Source: Bacteriovoracaceae bacterium (lineage in GTDB: Bacteria > Bdellovibrionota > Bacteriovoracia > Bacteriovoracales > Bacteriovoracaceae). From it: 64,000 nt of DNA. Below, piece by piece: positions 18,857-29,297 of this stretch (position 1 is the first letter of the stretch; every line of letters begins with the position of its first letter). Both the position numbers and the translations under genes were made by a program. A model generated the notes under the pieces. The model was not told the origin of the DNA, did no database searches, and saw nothing but the letters and a program-made list of their open reading frames with translations. The stretch spans positions 310,001-374,000 of the forward strand of contig OZ244226.1 in assembly GCA_965217035.1 (NCBI GenBank). Reading direction: 5' to 3'.

Positions 18857-19309
18857 TCATGAAAGCATCGGATCGATTTGATGAAATTGAAGATTTCTCC
18901 TATCCTCAGACCCTTCAGGGCCTTCGAACTCCAAAACATAATAGTGGAAGTGTTCGGGGATATAATTGATTAAATCGCGGAAGTATTTTACTCCCCACTC
19001 AGCAAGGAAGTATTCCTTCCTCTCGAGATAAAGAGGAATTTCTAATTCTAAAAGTTCTGATGCCGATTCAAGACGATAAAAATCGGCATGAATCATATCA
19101 TCGAGCTCACATATAATTGAATAAGTCGGACTTAAAACGGCATCACCAGAAAAGAAGCGTGCAAAAGTTGTCTTTCCCATTCCAACTTTTCCTTCAAGAA
19201 AAATCACAGAAGGTCCTTCAACTTCACCTTTAATCTCATTAACGACATATTGATAATCGCTTTCAAGAACTTTCTTCCACTCTTTAATTAACTTTTTATG
19301 CAGACTCAT
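18857..19309 (-). CDS. tsaE: tRNA t6A biosynthesis ATPase TsaE
   Basis: LEGKVGMGKTTF, SPTYSI, HADFYRL, EWG; ATG at 19309. Confidence 0.92.
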   Translation of the reverse strand: MSLHKKLIKEWKKVLESDYQYVVNEIKGEVEGPSVIFLEGKVGMGKTTFARFFSGDAVLSPTYSIICELDDMIHADFYRLESASELLELEIPLYLERKEYFLAEWGVKYFRDLINYIPEHFHYYVLEFEGPEGSEDRRNLQFHQIDPMLS

Positions 19310-20882
19310 TTTCGAACTCGTCAAAGGCCCTAGGCAGGAAATCAATAATAGAAGATGCCGTCATCACACGCTCTCCTAATTCTTCGGCAGCAAAATAACC
19401 TGCTCGAGTATGAGCAAGAATTGACATTAATACTGTTTTATCAATAGAAACAATTTTCTCATAAAGAGAAACTTTTTCTCTCATATTCCTATCTTGGGCC
19501 AAAAGCCCACCGAGTAGTCCAGCGAGAACATCTCCGGCTCCACCAGTTGCCATCCCGCTATTAGGAAAATAATTAAAATAAATTTCACCTGAAGGACATC
19601 CAAGGAAAGTACACGGTCCTTTTAAGATAATATAAGCATTAGTTAATGCGACTGCATTTTTAAGATTTTCAATCGGATTATTAGTAATTTCTTCAGGAGT
19701 AACATCAAGCAATCGTGCCATCTCCCCATAATGAGGAGTCATGACAGTAGGAGAAGTTCTTTTAATGAAAAGCTCTCCATCATCTTTGAGCTTTAGCACA
19801 TTCAAGGCATCAGCATCAAGAACAATAGGTCCTTGATAGGTTCGGAGCACACTCATCACACAACGGCGCGCTTGATCGGTATGACCGAGTCCTGGTCCCA
19901 TAACAATAGAATCATACTTTTTAAAACTATCAAGAACATTTTCCCATTGTGACTCATCAGTAGGAATATACCCTGTCATAACCTCGGGAATAAGTCTCGA
20001 AATGAACTCTTGATATTGAGGTTCCCAAGTTGCACCTGTTACAAGACCCGCACCTACTTTAAGAGCTGCTTGAGAGGCAAGAACCAAAGCTCCCGTCATT
20101 CCATGGGAACCGCCAAGTACGAGAGTATGACCAAAAATTCTTTTATCAGCAAAATTATTTCTGTTTCTGACTGTTTCCTGAATCGTGGCATTTTTTGCAA
20201 GAAACTTATTTCCTTTCTCGTGAAAAGACCTTGGGAAACCAACATCAAGCTTTCTGATGAACCCAGCATAACTCGCTCCTTGAGCGATATAGCATCCCAT
20301 TTTAGGAAAACCGATCGCATAGGTCATATCTGCACGAATTGCTCCTCCTTGTACATGACCCGTCGATGGATCAACTCCAGAAGGAAGGTCTAAGCTTACT
20401 GTGTACTGCGAGTTTGAATTCACAATCTTTATAATAGAATAGTCGAAGTTTGAAAGAGGAAGTCGTGTCCCCGTTCCATAAATAGCATCAACAACGATAT
20501 GACTTCTCATATTTTGATTAAAATAAGATTCAAGAGTGTCTTCTTTTTTTACTTCAGAAATTTTCACTCCAAACTGAGAGGCAAGCTCAACTTGTTTAAT
20601 GAGTTCTTCACTTGCTTTTTCTTTAGGGGCAAGTAGGAATGCTCGAACATCAAAGCCAAGATTTGTTAGATGACGAGCAACGGCTAAACCATCTGCCCCG
20701 TTATTTCCTTTACCAATCAAAAAAAGAATCGTTGTTTCTGGAAAATCCTTAAGGAGATCAAGGCGCATCCGCCTCGCCATGCTTAAACCAACACATTCGA
20801 CAATAGTCGTTTCGGAGAGTTTATATTCACTGAAAGTGATCCTTTCGATCTCTTTCATTTCTAATTGATCTACAATTCTCAT
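19296..20882 (-). CDS. nnr: Bifunctional NAD(P)HX epimerase/dehydratase (YjeF/Nnr)
   Basis: GKGNNGADG, DAIYGTG, DLPSG, GPGLG, DADAL, TPHYGE, MATGGAGDVLAG; ATG at 20882. Confidence 0.93.
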   Translation of the reverse strand: MRIVDQLEMKEIERITFSEYKLSETTIVECVGLSMARRMRLDLLKDFPETTILFLIGKGNNGADGLAVARHLTNLGFDVRAFLLAPKEKASEELIKQVELASQFGVKISEVKKEDTLESYFNQNMRSHIVVDAIYGTGTRLPLSNFDYSIIKIVNSNSQYTVSLDLPSGVDPSTGHVQGGAIRADMTYAIGFPKMGCYIAQGASYAGFIRKLDVGFPRSFHEKGNKFLAKNATIQETVRNRNNFADKRIFGHTLVLGGSHGMTGALVLASQAALKVGAGLVTGATWEPQYQEFISRLIPEVMTGYIPTDESQWENVLDSFKKYDSIVMGPGLGHTDQARRCVMSVLRTYQGPIVLDADALNVLKLKDDGELFIKRTSPTVMTPHYGEMARLLDVTPEEITNNPIENLKNAVALTNAYIILKGPCTFLGCPSGEIYFNYFPNSGMATGGAGDVLAGLLGGLLAQDRNMREKVSLYEKIVSIDKTVLMSILAHTRAGYFAAEELGERVMTASSIIDFLPRAFDEFENESA

Positions 20883-20892
20883 TTGGAATCCC

Positions 20893-21645
20893 TTAAAGTG
20901 GGTATTTCGCAAGTGTTTCTTTCATATGAGCAACGACAGGACCCAGACCCTGGAACAGTGCTTCAGCGACTACCCAATGTCCAATATTGTACTCTTCGAA
21001 AACTTGCAATTCAAGAAGGAGTGGGAGCATCTCTTGAGTGATGCCATGACCTGCATGACAGTGAATATTATGCTGTTTAAGGAAGTTATGAGCGTCTTTG
21101 AACTTATTTAAATGGCCTTGAAAATCAGTTTTATTTAAATATTGCTTACAAAAATCTCCAGTATGGATCTCAACCGCTTCCACATTAAGCTCTTGCGCTT
21201 TTTGAAGGATTTCGATGTTGGCTTCAAGAAAAAGCGAAATTTTCACATCAGGAACCTTTGTTCTCAAACGTGCGCAATAACTTTTTAAATGACCAAAAGT
21301 CTTTTCATCTAATAAATTAATCCCACCTTCAGTCGTTTGCTCTTCTCTTTTTTCAGGAACTAAACAAATCCAATCCGGTTGAGTATTGCAAGCAATTTCA
21401 AAAACATTCTCCGCTGTGGCCATCTCAAGATTAAAAAGCTTCCCATGTTCTTTAGTGACAGCGCGAACATCCGCGGCATCAAAGTCTTGAACATGGCGAC
21501 GATCTTCTCTAACGTGAATGGTGATTTGATCTGCTCCATTTCGAATAACCATATCAGCTGCTCTTCGAACCGAGGGATAAAACTCTCCCCTCGCCTGACG
21601 AACAGTTGCAACATGATCAATATTAATTCCTAAGCGAGGTATCAC
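20893..21645 (-). CDS. pdxJ: Pyridoxine 5'-phosphate synthase
   Basis: LGINIDHVATVRQAR, HVREDRRH, VPEKREEQTTEGG, EIHTG, HAGHG, NIGH. Confidence 0.97.
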   Translation of the reverse strand: MIPRLGINIDHVATVRQARGEFYPSVRRAADMVIRNGADQITIHVREDRRHVQDFDAADVRAVTKEHGKLFNLEMATAENVFEIACNTQPDWICLVPEKREEQTTEGGINLLDEKTFGHLKSYCARLRTKVPDVKISLFLEANIEILQKAQELNVEAVEIHTGDFCKQYLNKTDFQGHLNKFKDAHNFLKQHNIHCHAGHGITQEMLPLLLELQVFEEYNIGHWVVAEALFQGLGPVVAHMKETLAKYPL

Positions 21646-23012
21646 TATCCTAATGCCTTTTTAATTTCTTGAGAAATCTCTTCACAATAAATTTTGATCT
21701 TCGTTTGGTCAGGTCCTTCAACCATAACACGCGCGAGACTCTCTGTCCCCGAATAACGAAGCAGGACTCTTCCACCGTTAACAGAAAGATCTTTTTCAAC
21801 TTTTGTAACCAACTCTTTTACATTCGAAAGCGTATCAAAAGGAACTTTATCCTTCACTTCGACATTAATTAGGATTTGTGGAAAAAGCTCCACTTCTTGA
21901 ACCAGTTCACTTAATGGTTTTTCAAAATGATTGAGACATTCAATAACTTTAATGGCCGCAAGAATTCCATCACCCGTCGTCGCATAGTCCTTAAAGATAA
22001 GATGCCCCGAAGGTTCTCCTCCGAAAACAGCTCCTGATTGCATCATCTTTTCCATAATATAACGATCACCGACTTGGGTTCGATGAAATTTGATTTTGTT
22101 TTTTGTAAGATACTGTTCAAGACCAGAATTCGACATCACTGTTCCAATGACCTCTGTTCCTGCCAATTTATTTTTCTTTAAAAGATAATTTGAAAGGATT
22201 CCAATTAATTGATCACCATCAACCACTTTCCCCTTCTCATCAATCATAATGAGTCGATCTGCATCTCCATCCAAACAAATTCCAAGATCGGCTCTATAGT
22301 CAACAACTGCTTGAGCACAATTTTTAGGATGAAGTGCTCCACATTTTTCATTAATATTCGTTCCATCAGGATTCACCCCAAGAGCGATAACTTCTGCTCC
22401 GAGTTCCTCAAGGATCATTGGGGCAACCTTATAACCAGCACCATTAGCACAATCAACAACCAGTCTTAGACCTGTTAATTTTTTTCTGAGTGTATAAGCA
22501 CTTTTAGCATGAACGATATAACGACCAACAGTTTCGTGAAGTCGCTTCGCTCTCCCAATATTCTCATGAGTTTTAGGAGAGATTAAACCTGGATTATTAA
22601 TGAGCTTTTCAAGCTCAGCTTCAATGGCGTCAGGGAGTTTATGTCCCGTATGATCAAAGATTTTAATTCCGTTATCATGAAAAGGATTATGACTGGCACT
22701 GATCATAACTCCAGCATCGGCGAGCATGGATTCTGTGACAAACGCCACACCAGGAGTTGGGAGTGGTCCAGTGAAAACGGCTTGCCCCCCTTGAGAACAA
22801 ACGCCTGAAGCAAAAGCTTGCTCGAGCATATAACAACTTCGCCGAGTATCTTTTCCTATAATAATGAGAGGAGATTTTCTCGGAGAGCCAGCATTGTTTT
22901 GAAAATAATAAGTCACGGCCCGACCTAAGGCCATCGCAATCTCACCTGTCATAGGATGAAGATTGGCCCTTCCTCGAATTCCATCAGTTCCAAATAGTTT
23001 TCTCTCTGTCAT
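21645..23012 (-). CDS. glmM: Phosphoglucosamine mutase
   Basis: FGTDGIRG, ISASHNP, DGDADR, GGEPSGH, RYSGTE. Confidence 0.97.
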   Translation of the reverse strand: MTERKLFGTDGIRGRANLHPMTGEIAMALGRAVTYYFQNNAGSPRKSPLIIIGKDTRRSCYMLEQAFASGVCSQGGQAVFTGPLPTPGVAFVTESMLADAGVMISASHNPFHDNGIKIFDHTGHKLPDAIEAELEKLINNPGLISPKTHENIGRAKRLHETVGRYIVHAKSAYTLRKKLTGLRLVVDCANGAGYKVAPMILEELGAEVIALGVNPDGTNINEKCGALHPKNCAQAVVDYRADLGICLDGDADRLIMIDEKGKVVDGDQLIGILSNYLLKKNKLAGTEVIGTVMSNSGLEQYLTKNKIKFHRTQVGDRYIMEKMMQSGAVFGGEPSGHLIFKDYATTGDGILAAIKVIECLNHFEKPLSELVQEVELFPQILINVEVKDKVPFDTLSNVKELVTKVEKDLSVNGGRVLLRYSGTESLARVMVEGPDQTKIKIYCEEISQEIKKALG

Positions 23013-23213
23013 ACATAGACCTCTTTAAACGCCGGAGTATACTCATAATTTTAAAGGTTTCAAGGGTTTAAGGCGATTCGAGGCAAAATACACCTTTTTG
23101 AAGTGACTAAGTTTTAGTCCAAGTACTTGTAATAATTTCAAAGGTAATTGAGCATTTTACTCAGGGCGTTATAATAAAACAAATATGTCTAAAATCATTA
23201 TAGGAGGCAATCG

Positions 23214-24635
23214 ATGAAATCGATCATCGCGCTTATTCTCACATTAGGACTGGTTGCTTGTTCCCAAAATGGCTCACTTGATAGAAAAAACAAGAAGCCT
23301 ACAACAAATACGAGCAATGTTGAGCAATCATTTGCTAGAAAACAGTTTATCAGCACAGAAAGGCTTGAAAACGAATCTAATCTTGAGTTTTCTGGGAAAC
23401 TGACAAGAATTGCAGAAATTCTTTTATCAACTGGAAGTATCGAAGAAGCTCATGGGATTCTCGAAACGGCCTTAAAGAATGAACCAACAAATTCAAAAGC
23501 AAACTTTTTAAGTGCTCTCACAACAATCGCCATGATTGCGAAGGGTGGACTCGAAAGAGTTGATGCTCTTTTTTCTGGTGCAAACAGTGGACACTTAAAA
23601 CTTGAAAAACAGATTTACAAAACTCAAGTTCCTGAGTGGATTAACTTTGCAACAAAGATGACTCCTGGAATGACTCAATTCCAAGATGCAGCAGATGTTC
23701 AAAATTTTATTGGGAATGAAGTAATTCCAGCCCTGGAAAAAGCTTCTGCTAAATTAAAAGCAGCTCAGGCTCAAGAATTTAAAGTTATTGCAACTGGGAA
23801 GAAGCAAGAAGAAAAAACTGAAAAATATTGTCGTTGGGTAGAAACAGCGAGTCCATACGGTGGAACTGACCGGAACTGGCGATGTGACCAATATGCTTAT
23901 ATGAACAGTTATATTGGTGCACACGTTGTTACGATCGATCAACATGACGCTAAGATTGTTGAAGGTGTTATTCTTGGATATCTTAATGCTTTAAGAATTG
24001 CTAATGCTTATGATTTTGCAGACGGAATCAAAATAGGAAAAAGAATCGATCACCTTAAGCAAGAAAGAGGAAACTATGGATACGGTGGATATTCTTTTGA
24101 AGACGGAGAGATCACTTTTAAGGAAAGAGTTGAAATCACCAATCGATACCCTAAATTCATGACTCTAAGGTCAGATAACCAGCTAGATAAAGTTGCAACT
24201 TCTGCAAGTGATATCGCTAAGATTGCACTTTCTCTTGATGAATACAGAACAGTTCTTTGTAATGCTAAAAACAGATCAAAGGCCCAAAAGAATAACCTTG
24301 TTAAGTCGGTCTGCTTAAGCGTTGAGACGATTTCAAATATTGAAGAAGCTCTCGGAATCCTTCAAGGAGCAAGCCGAGTTAATGTTCCGACAGAAACAGA
24401 ATGGCAACTTAATCCAGAAACGGGTTACTGGGAAGAAGTTGAAATCCCAGGATACTCAGTTATGGTAGACTTACCGACATTCCTTAATAATCCAATGTCT
24501 GACTTGAAGACTCTTCTTCCGACAGACTTTGATGACAAAGGAAAGGCGTTAGAGCCAACTATTGAAGATAAAACATTCAATGGATTATTCCCTAACGGAG
24601 ATATCATTGAAAAAGTTAAAAGTCGTAATCAATAA
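23214..24635 (+). CDS. Lipoprotein of unknown function with TPR-like N-terminal helices
   Basis: GGAGG SD; lipobox LVA-C; EEAHGILETALKNEPTNSKANF TPR-like; four mature Cys. Confidence 0.8.
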   Translation: MKSIIALILTLGLVACSQNGSLDRKNKKPTTNTSNVEQSFARKQFISTERLENESNLEFSGKLTRIAEILLSTGSIEEAHGILETALKNEPTNSKANFLSALTTIAMIAKGGLERVDALFSGANSGHLKLEKQIYKTQVPEWINFATKMTPGMTQFQDAADVQNFIGNEVIPALEKASAKLKAAQAQEFKVIATGKKQEEKTEKYCRWVETASPYGGTDRNWRCDQYAYMNSYIGAHVVTIDQHDAKIVEGVILGYLNALRIANAYDFADGIKIGKRIDHLKQERGNYGYGGYSFEDGEITFKERVEITNRYPKFMTLRSDNQLDKVATSASDIAKIALSLDEYRTVLCNAKNRSKAQKNNLVKSVCLSVETISNIEEALGILQGASRVNVPTETEWQLNPETGYWEEVEIPGYSVMVDLPTFLNNPMSDLKTLLPTDFDDKGKALEPTIEDKTFNGLFPNGDIIEKVKSRNQ

Positions 24636-25065
24636 AATATTTGCAAGAGAGGGCCTTCTCGCCCTCTCTTTTCTTCTTTCTTTTCATTCTTTTTCTTGTA
24701 CAAATATTTATAAATCAATAGAAATTTATCTTCAAAATAAGGCTTTTCCTTATAAACTCATTTTGAGTTTTCCTAAAGCTTGTCAAGGCAAGTTCTATAC
24801 AAGAATGGAACTTGAGTCCCCTTCTTTAAAGCTTATCGAAGCTTCAAGTGATAAGGTATTGAGAGAGTTTAAATTCAAATCGGGAAACTATCTAGAAAGT
24901 ACCAAAAAAATTTTTCTCGCGGATCTTAAAACAAAAAATTCTCAGAAATTTTGTCTCGGCCAGGACAATATCTTCATTGATTTTAAAACAGGAATGGTGA
25001 AGTCTTTTGGGAGTAATCTTTACTTCGATCTCTCCAATGGAGATACTTACAACTGTAAAATCTAA
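24562..25065 (+). CDS. Hypothetical, probably secreted protein (start uncertain)
   Basis: Open frame with signal-like stretch LLALSFLLSFHSFS-C and four Cys; no ATG near the expected start. Confidence 0.45.
   Translation: MKIKHSMDYSLTEISLKKLKVVINKIFAREGLLALSFLLSFHSFSCTNIYKSIEIYLQNKAFPYKLILSFPKACQGKFYTRMELESPSLKLIEASSDKVLREFKFKSGNYLESTKKIFLADLKTKNSQKFCLGQDNIFIDFKTGMVKSFGSNLYFDLSNGDTYNCKI
24645..24672 (+). terminator. Intrinsic terminator after the lipoprotein gene
   Basis: GAGAGGGC-CTTCTC-GCCCTCTC-TTTTCTTCTTT. Confidence 0.75.
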
Positions 25066-25208
25066 TTACCCGACTGATTATCTTGGTTTCTTGAGTCATT
25101 CTATCTCATAATTCTTAGCTTAAGTCTCAGTAAGATTTTCCTCAGGGATTCTCCTCTCAATTTGTGGTCAAATAGAGAAGAGAACACTTATCAGAGAGTA
25201 ATATAATA

Positions 25209-25637
25209 ATGACAAAGTTTACAGTTTTCCTTCTGATCATCAATTCCTATTCAATCGGATTTGCAAAAGTTAAACATCAAAAAGTAAAAGTTCAAAATTG
25301 GAATTTCAAAATTCCCTCTAATTCCGTTATTTCTCAAAATCCCCTTCAAAGAGCAATGACGGCCAATATCATCAATGACGATGCTCAAGCTATTCTTATT
25401 AGTCGGGATCATCATCCGGTTGGAATAAAGGCCATCAAAAAAATTATGAGGACAATGAAAGGTAAGAGTCTTAAGATCCATAAGCGTAAAAAGTATGCCA
25501 TATTTTCATTTAAAACTTCTCCGGAACAAAAGCACTTCTTCTCCACTCGTGGAGGTTATCTTCAGGTCAATCTGTATCATGAAAAGAAAGGCGATATCGT
25601 CGCTGATATTTCTAAAAATTTGAGGTATCAGCTATGA
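25209..25637 (+). CDS. Secreted basic hypothetical protein
   Basis: Signal peptide ending GFA; overlaps the start of the next gene. Confidence 0.7.
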   Translation: MTKFTVFLLIINSYSIGFAKVKHQKVKVQNWNFKIPSNSVISQNPLQRAMTANIINDDAQAILISRDHHPVGIKAIKKIMRTMKGKSLKIHKRKKYAIFSFKTSPEQKHFFSTRGGYLQVNLYHEKKGDIVADISKNLRYQL

Positions 25638-28039
25638 TGAAAAAAGTTTGGTATCTTCTTTTTATCTCACAATTTGGTTATTCGCAAATAGCAACCAATG
25701 ATCCAGGTATGGCGCTTTTGAATGCCTACTCCTGTGATTCTTTAGGGAATAAATCGCTCGATCAATTAGATGCTGTTAAATCACTCGAAAAAAGTGTGGC
25801 GGCTATTCATAACGACGAAGAATGCCGTTTTCTTGCTGATCAAATTTCAGCCCTACCTGACATTGAAGGGATTCTTGATAATCTCAGACAAGACGGAATC
25901 GTCAAATCGATCATTGAACAAGAAGCCATTATCAATCAAGCCATTGCAGATCTTCAAGCGATTGATGCTGCTGAAGTCAATCAAGACAGCTCGGATTCTT
26001 ATCTCTACCCTGATCCTGATATTCTCAGATCAACAATTCAGAGTGCTAAAACTCAGCTAACACAATTAAAAGCTCAGTTAGCTGCCGATGAAATTCAGGC
26101 CGAAAGAGAAAGTTATATCAATGGAATCTCTCAACTTAATAATTTAGGGGAATCTATTGGAGACCTCCTGCAAAACCCTTCTAGTGATTGTTTAAACCGT
26201 TATCCAGGAGTCAAAACGAAAATGGCATCGGGCCTAGTTGGAATCAGTGGTTTCTTTATGAATCAGCCATTGGGAATCGCAACGAACCTCGCAGGAAAGC
26301 TCATTCAAAGTGTGCTTGGAATTTCGAGAGCTTCGAGACGGGCCAAACAAAACAGAAAGGCCTTCAAAGGGATTCAAGATGTGAATCTTATTTCTGGTTT
26401 ATCATGTGGTTTGGAATCTCTCGCTGCTCAAAGATGTAAGCTTGCTCGTGAACATAATGTTTATCAGAGACTTGTTAAGATCAATTCATCAGATCAACCT
26501 TCTATTGATGACAAACTTAAAGACGCTTTTGGGGATCAATGCTTTTCAAGGCTTTTTATACTTCCTTCTCAATCGGAACGAAGCCTTTCCTCGATTGTGA
26601 AATGGGTTCAGGAAAGTAACTCAATGGGTATCGGAGCTATCGGAGACAATAATACTCAAGCTCGCCAAGAAGCTTTGAGTAATTTCAATTCTGCTTCATC
26701 CAAATATGAGGTGAAGATATCAAAACTACTTCTAGTCATTCGAGACTCTCAAAACGAAGAAACAAAAAGGCAAAAAATAAGTGAAAGTCTCACGAGATTT
26801 TTTTCTGAACATATGGCAACAGGTCGCTCTGCAGATTACAGTCTTTTTGCTAGTTTTCATACCTCTGAGGTCTACTCAGCAGCAGAAAAAAATCAGCTTT
26901 TTATTCGCTTTATTAACAATTCTAGAACAACTGATTCTGACATCCAAGAGCAATTTGATAAATTAAGAACTGAATATATTGCTTTTAAAAAGGAGAGTGT
27001 TAGACAGCGAGGTGGTAATGCAGAAAACTTAGTCGTTCAAGATGCTTCTGACATAACCATGTTTAACGAAATGGTTTATGGGATTCAGATTCATACCTCT
27101 AATGGTCTCAATAGTCTTCAAGGAGAGCAAACGAAAAAAATTGCTTCATTATTGATGGACGACAGTGCAGTTATTAATAGTCTTCAGAACCTGAATATTC
27201 TAAGAAATGAAGTCACTAATGCTCTCTCCGACGGAGCTCTTGAGGAGCAAAAAGATGGACTTGTGATGAAATTTTTTGGAGCTCAAAGTACAATTGTTTC
27301 TCCTTATCAGCATTTAAAAAATTTAAAATCTTATCTCGAAGCTTTACCAGATATCCCAAAACAAAGAAGAGCCTTTTTAGGAATTGATGGAGAAAAAGGC
27401 TTAAAAAAGAGTATAGAGAACGTTATTAAAAAGGCTGATACATTACTCGAAAATCAAATGAATTCAGGGGAAAAAGAGGATTGGTCTGGACTTATTGAGG
27501 ATATGAACACATTAGTAGGTCTCAATAATAATCTTGGTCGCAAAATAGCGAATATCAATCAAGAAGTCTCTAATCAACTAAAAAACCAATTATCAAAGAA
27601 TGTAAAAACCTTAACTCCTCAACAAAAAAGAGATTATAATGAAGCACTTTTTCTTATGAATCGAGACAGTCTCTCAAACGCAATTCAGATAACAACTCCA
27701 ACTGATCAAAACTATGATTACATAAACGCCAAAGAACTGAATAAAGAACATCTTCAAGGATTTGGTAATTTCTTTAATGACTATATTGAAGACTCTTTAA
27801 AAAATTCTAAGAACATGGACCCTCTTATGAAAAATAAACTCTGTATCTCCTTACTCGCACTCCCCGATATGAATGTCAGCTCTCCTCACGCTCAAGCCTG
27901 TAAAGGGGCTAAGATTGAAAGCTTAACAGGGAAAGCTCAAATTAATTTTAATGATTTCATAGGTAAGGATTTTGAAACTCGAGCTTGTGCTTATAGTGAC
28001 TTTAGAACGAAAGAGAAATTTGTCCTAGAAAACAAATAA
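25634..28039 (+). CDS. Large secreted helical/coiled-coil hypothetical protein
   Basis: Signal peptide; heptad-rich helices; several Cys; Gly-rich hydrophobic hairpin at ~aa 197-230. Confidence 0.8.
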   Translation: MMKKVWYLLFISQFGYSQIATNDPGMALLNAYSCDSLGNKSLDQLDAVKSLEKSVAAIHNDEECRFLADQISALPDIEGILDNLRQDGIVKSIIEQEAIINQAIADLQAIDAAEVNQDSSDSYLYPDPDILRSTIQSAKTQLTQLKAQLAADEIQAERESYINGISQLNNLGESIGDLLQNPSSDCLNRYPGVKTKMASGLVGISGFFMNQPLGIATNLAGKLIQSVLGISRASRRAKQNRKAFKGIQDVNLISGLSCGLESLAAQRCKLAREHNVYQRLVKINSSDQPSIDDKLKDAFGDQCFSRLFILPSQSERSLSSIVKWVQESNSMGIGAIGDNNTQARQEALSNFNSASSKYEVKISKLLLVIRDSQNEETKRQKISESLTRFFSEHMATGRSADYSLFASFHTSEVYSAAEKNQLFIRFINNSRTTDSDIQEQFDKLRTEYIAFKKESVRQRGGNAENLVVQDASDITMFNEMVYGIQIHTSNGLNSLQGEQTKKIASLLMDDSAVINSLQNLNILRNEVTNALSDGALEEQKDGLVMKFFGAQSTIVSPYQHLKNLKSYLEALPDIPKQRRAFLGIDGEKGLKKSIENVIKKADTLLENQMNSGEKEDWSGLIEDMNTLVGLNNNLGRKIANINQEVSNQLKNQLSKNVKTLTPQQKRDYNEALFLMNRDSLSNAIQITTPTDQNYDYINAKELNKEHLQGFGNFFNDYIEDSLKNSKNMDPLMKNKLCISLLALPDMNVSSPHAQACKGAKIESLTGKAQINFNDFIGKDFETRACAYSDFRTKEKFVLENK

Positions 28040-28104
28040 GCTTAGATTATAGGATTATTTTGTCATGCTCTTTTATAGAAAGCTAGATTTCGTATAATAA
28101 AAGA

Positions 28105-28476
28105 ATGGAAAAGGCTCCAATTTTTCTGTTTGATAAAGACTGCACACTCTGCTCTCGCTTTGTTCAAGTTCTAAAACTTATTAAAGGTTATGAGGACTTT
28201 CAATTCATCCCACTTCAAGAAGCTCAATCGATAGATCTTTTTAAAGACATCTCTGAAGAACAATTGAAATCTCAGCTTCACATCTATGCTGACTCTCGTT
28301 TTCATAGAGGACCTGAAGCCGTCGAGTTTCTTATGAGTCGTAATTCCCTCATCAAGAAACATCTTTGGTTACTTGATCATCAGATGACGAAAAATGCAGT
28401 TAAGAGCTTCTATAAAGCCGTTGATAAGGCCCGTAAATCAAGTATTCTCTGTGGGGGCTGTAACAAACACTCTTAA
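28105..28476 (+). CDS. DCC1-like (DUF393) thiol-disulfide oxidoreductase
   Basis: N-terminal FDKDCTLC (DxxCxLC), FIPLQ. Confidence 0.85.
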   Translation: MEKAPIFLFDKDCTLCSRFVQVLKLIKGYEDFQFIPLQEAQSIDLFKDISEEQLKSQLHIYADSRFHRGPEAVEFLMSRNSLIKKHLWLLDHQMTKNAVKSFYKAVDKARKSSILCGGCNKHS

Positions 28477-28629
28477 AGTAGGCAGTTTCCAGAAACTGAT
28501 TGATCTTTTGACAGTCATTTAACTCATTGTTTTTTCAATTTTTTATTTCTTTTTGAAACCTAATCCCACAATTATTTTATAATCTAGAGCTTAAGCTTAG
28601 ATTAACCTCTATAAAACGAGGAGAGGAAT

Positions 28630-29283
28630 ATGAAAAGACGGAATAAAAGTGAAAAATTTCTTCCAATTACTTTTGGACTCTGTCTAATTGCTACCGTGGG
28701 AGCTTATCTAGCACTTAACAAGAAACCTAAAGTTATACATCATCAGTATCAAGTACCGAAAGTAGAAGCGCCCAAGGTCGTTCCTAAGTCTGAAAATATT
28801 TCAAAGGCTGAACCTATAACTGAAGATCTCTTATTGGATTTTAAAGCTGATATACTCACCTCAAAATCCATTAAAGAAAATAAAGATATTAAATCTAAAA
28901 AAGGTGAAAACTCACTCTCTCTTTCTTATAGGCAAAACTTTTTTAGAAGAAGTTCTTATGAGCTTTATAAGAGTGCAAAAAAACAGTTACACGCGCTTGC
29001 ACCTTATTTGAAAAAACATGGGAATGTCCTCGTTAAAGTTTATGGCCACACGGATAAAGCTCCTATTTATAAAAGGAATTATCGAAAGTGGAATACTAAT
29101 CGAAAACTCTCAGAGTTAAGAAGTAAGACGATCAAGCAATACTTAATTAAACAAGGTGTGAATCCCTATCATATTTCGATTGACCAAAAAACAAATAAAC
29201 AAAAAACAATCAATAATCGTGGCATTACACTCATATTTGAATCTGTTCCTACTAGCTCAACCTTGGCAGGAGTCCTAGAGTGA
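28630..29283 (+). CDS. OmpA/MotB-like peptidoglycan-binding protein with an N-terminal TM anchor
   Basis: Single TM; VYGHTDKAP…NRKLSELRS…NNRGI. Confidence 0.8.
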   Translation: MKRRNKSEKFLPITFGLCLIATVGAYLALNKKPKVIHHQYQVPKVEAPKVVPKSENISKAEPITEDLLLDFKADILTSKSIKENKDIKSKKGENSLSLSYRQNFFRRSSYELYKSAKKQLHALAPYLKKHGNVLVKVYGHTDKAPIYKRNYRKWNTNRKLSELRSKTIKQYLIKQGVNPYHISIDQKTNKQKTINNRGITLIFESVPTSSTLAGVLE

Positions 29284-29297
29284 TCTAGAATTGATGA

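Noticed and set aside
23104..23119. GACTAA-GTT-TTAGTC palindrome as an IscR site
   Set aside because: Half-site spacing is 2 nt longer than the IscR type-1 motif; single unsupported instance
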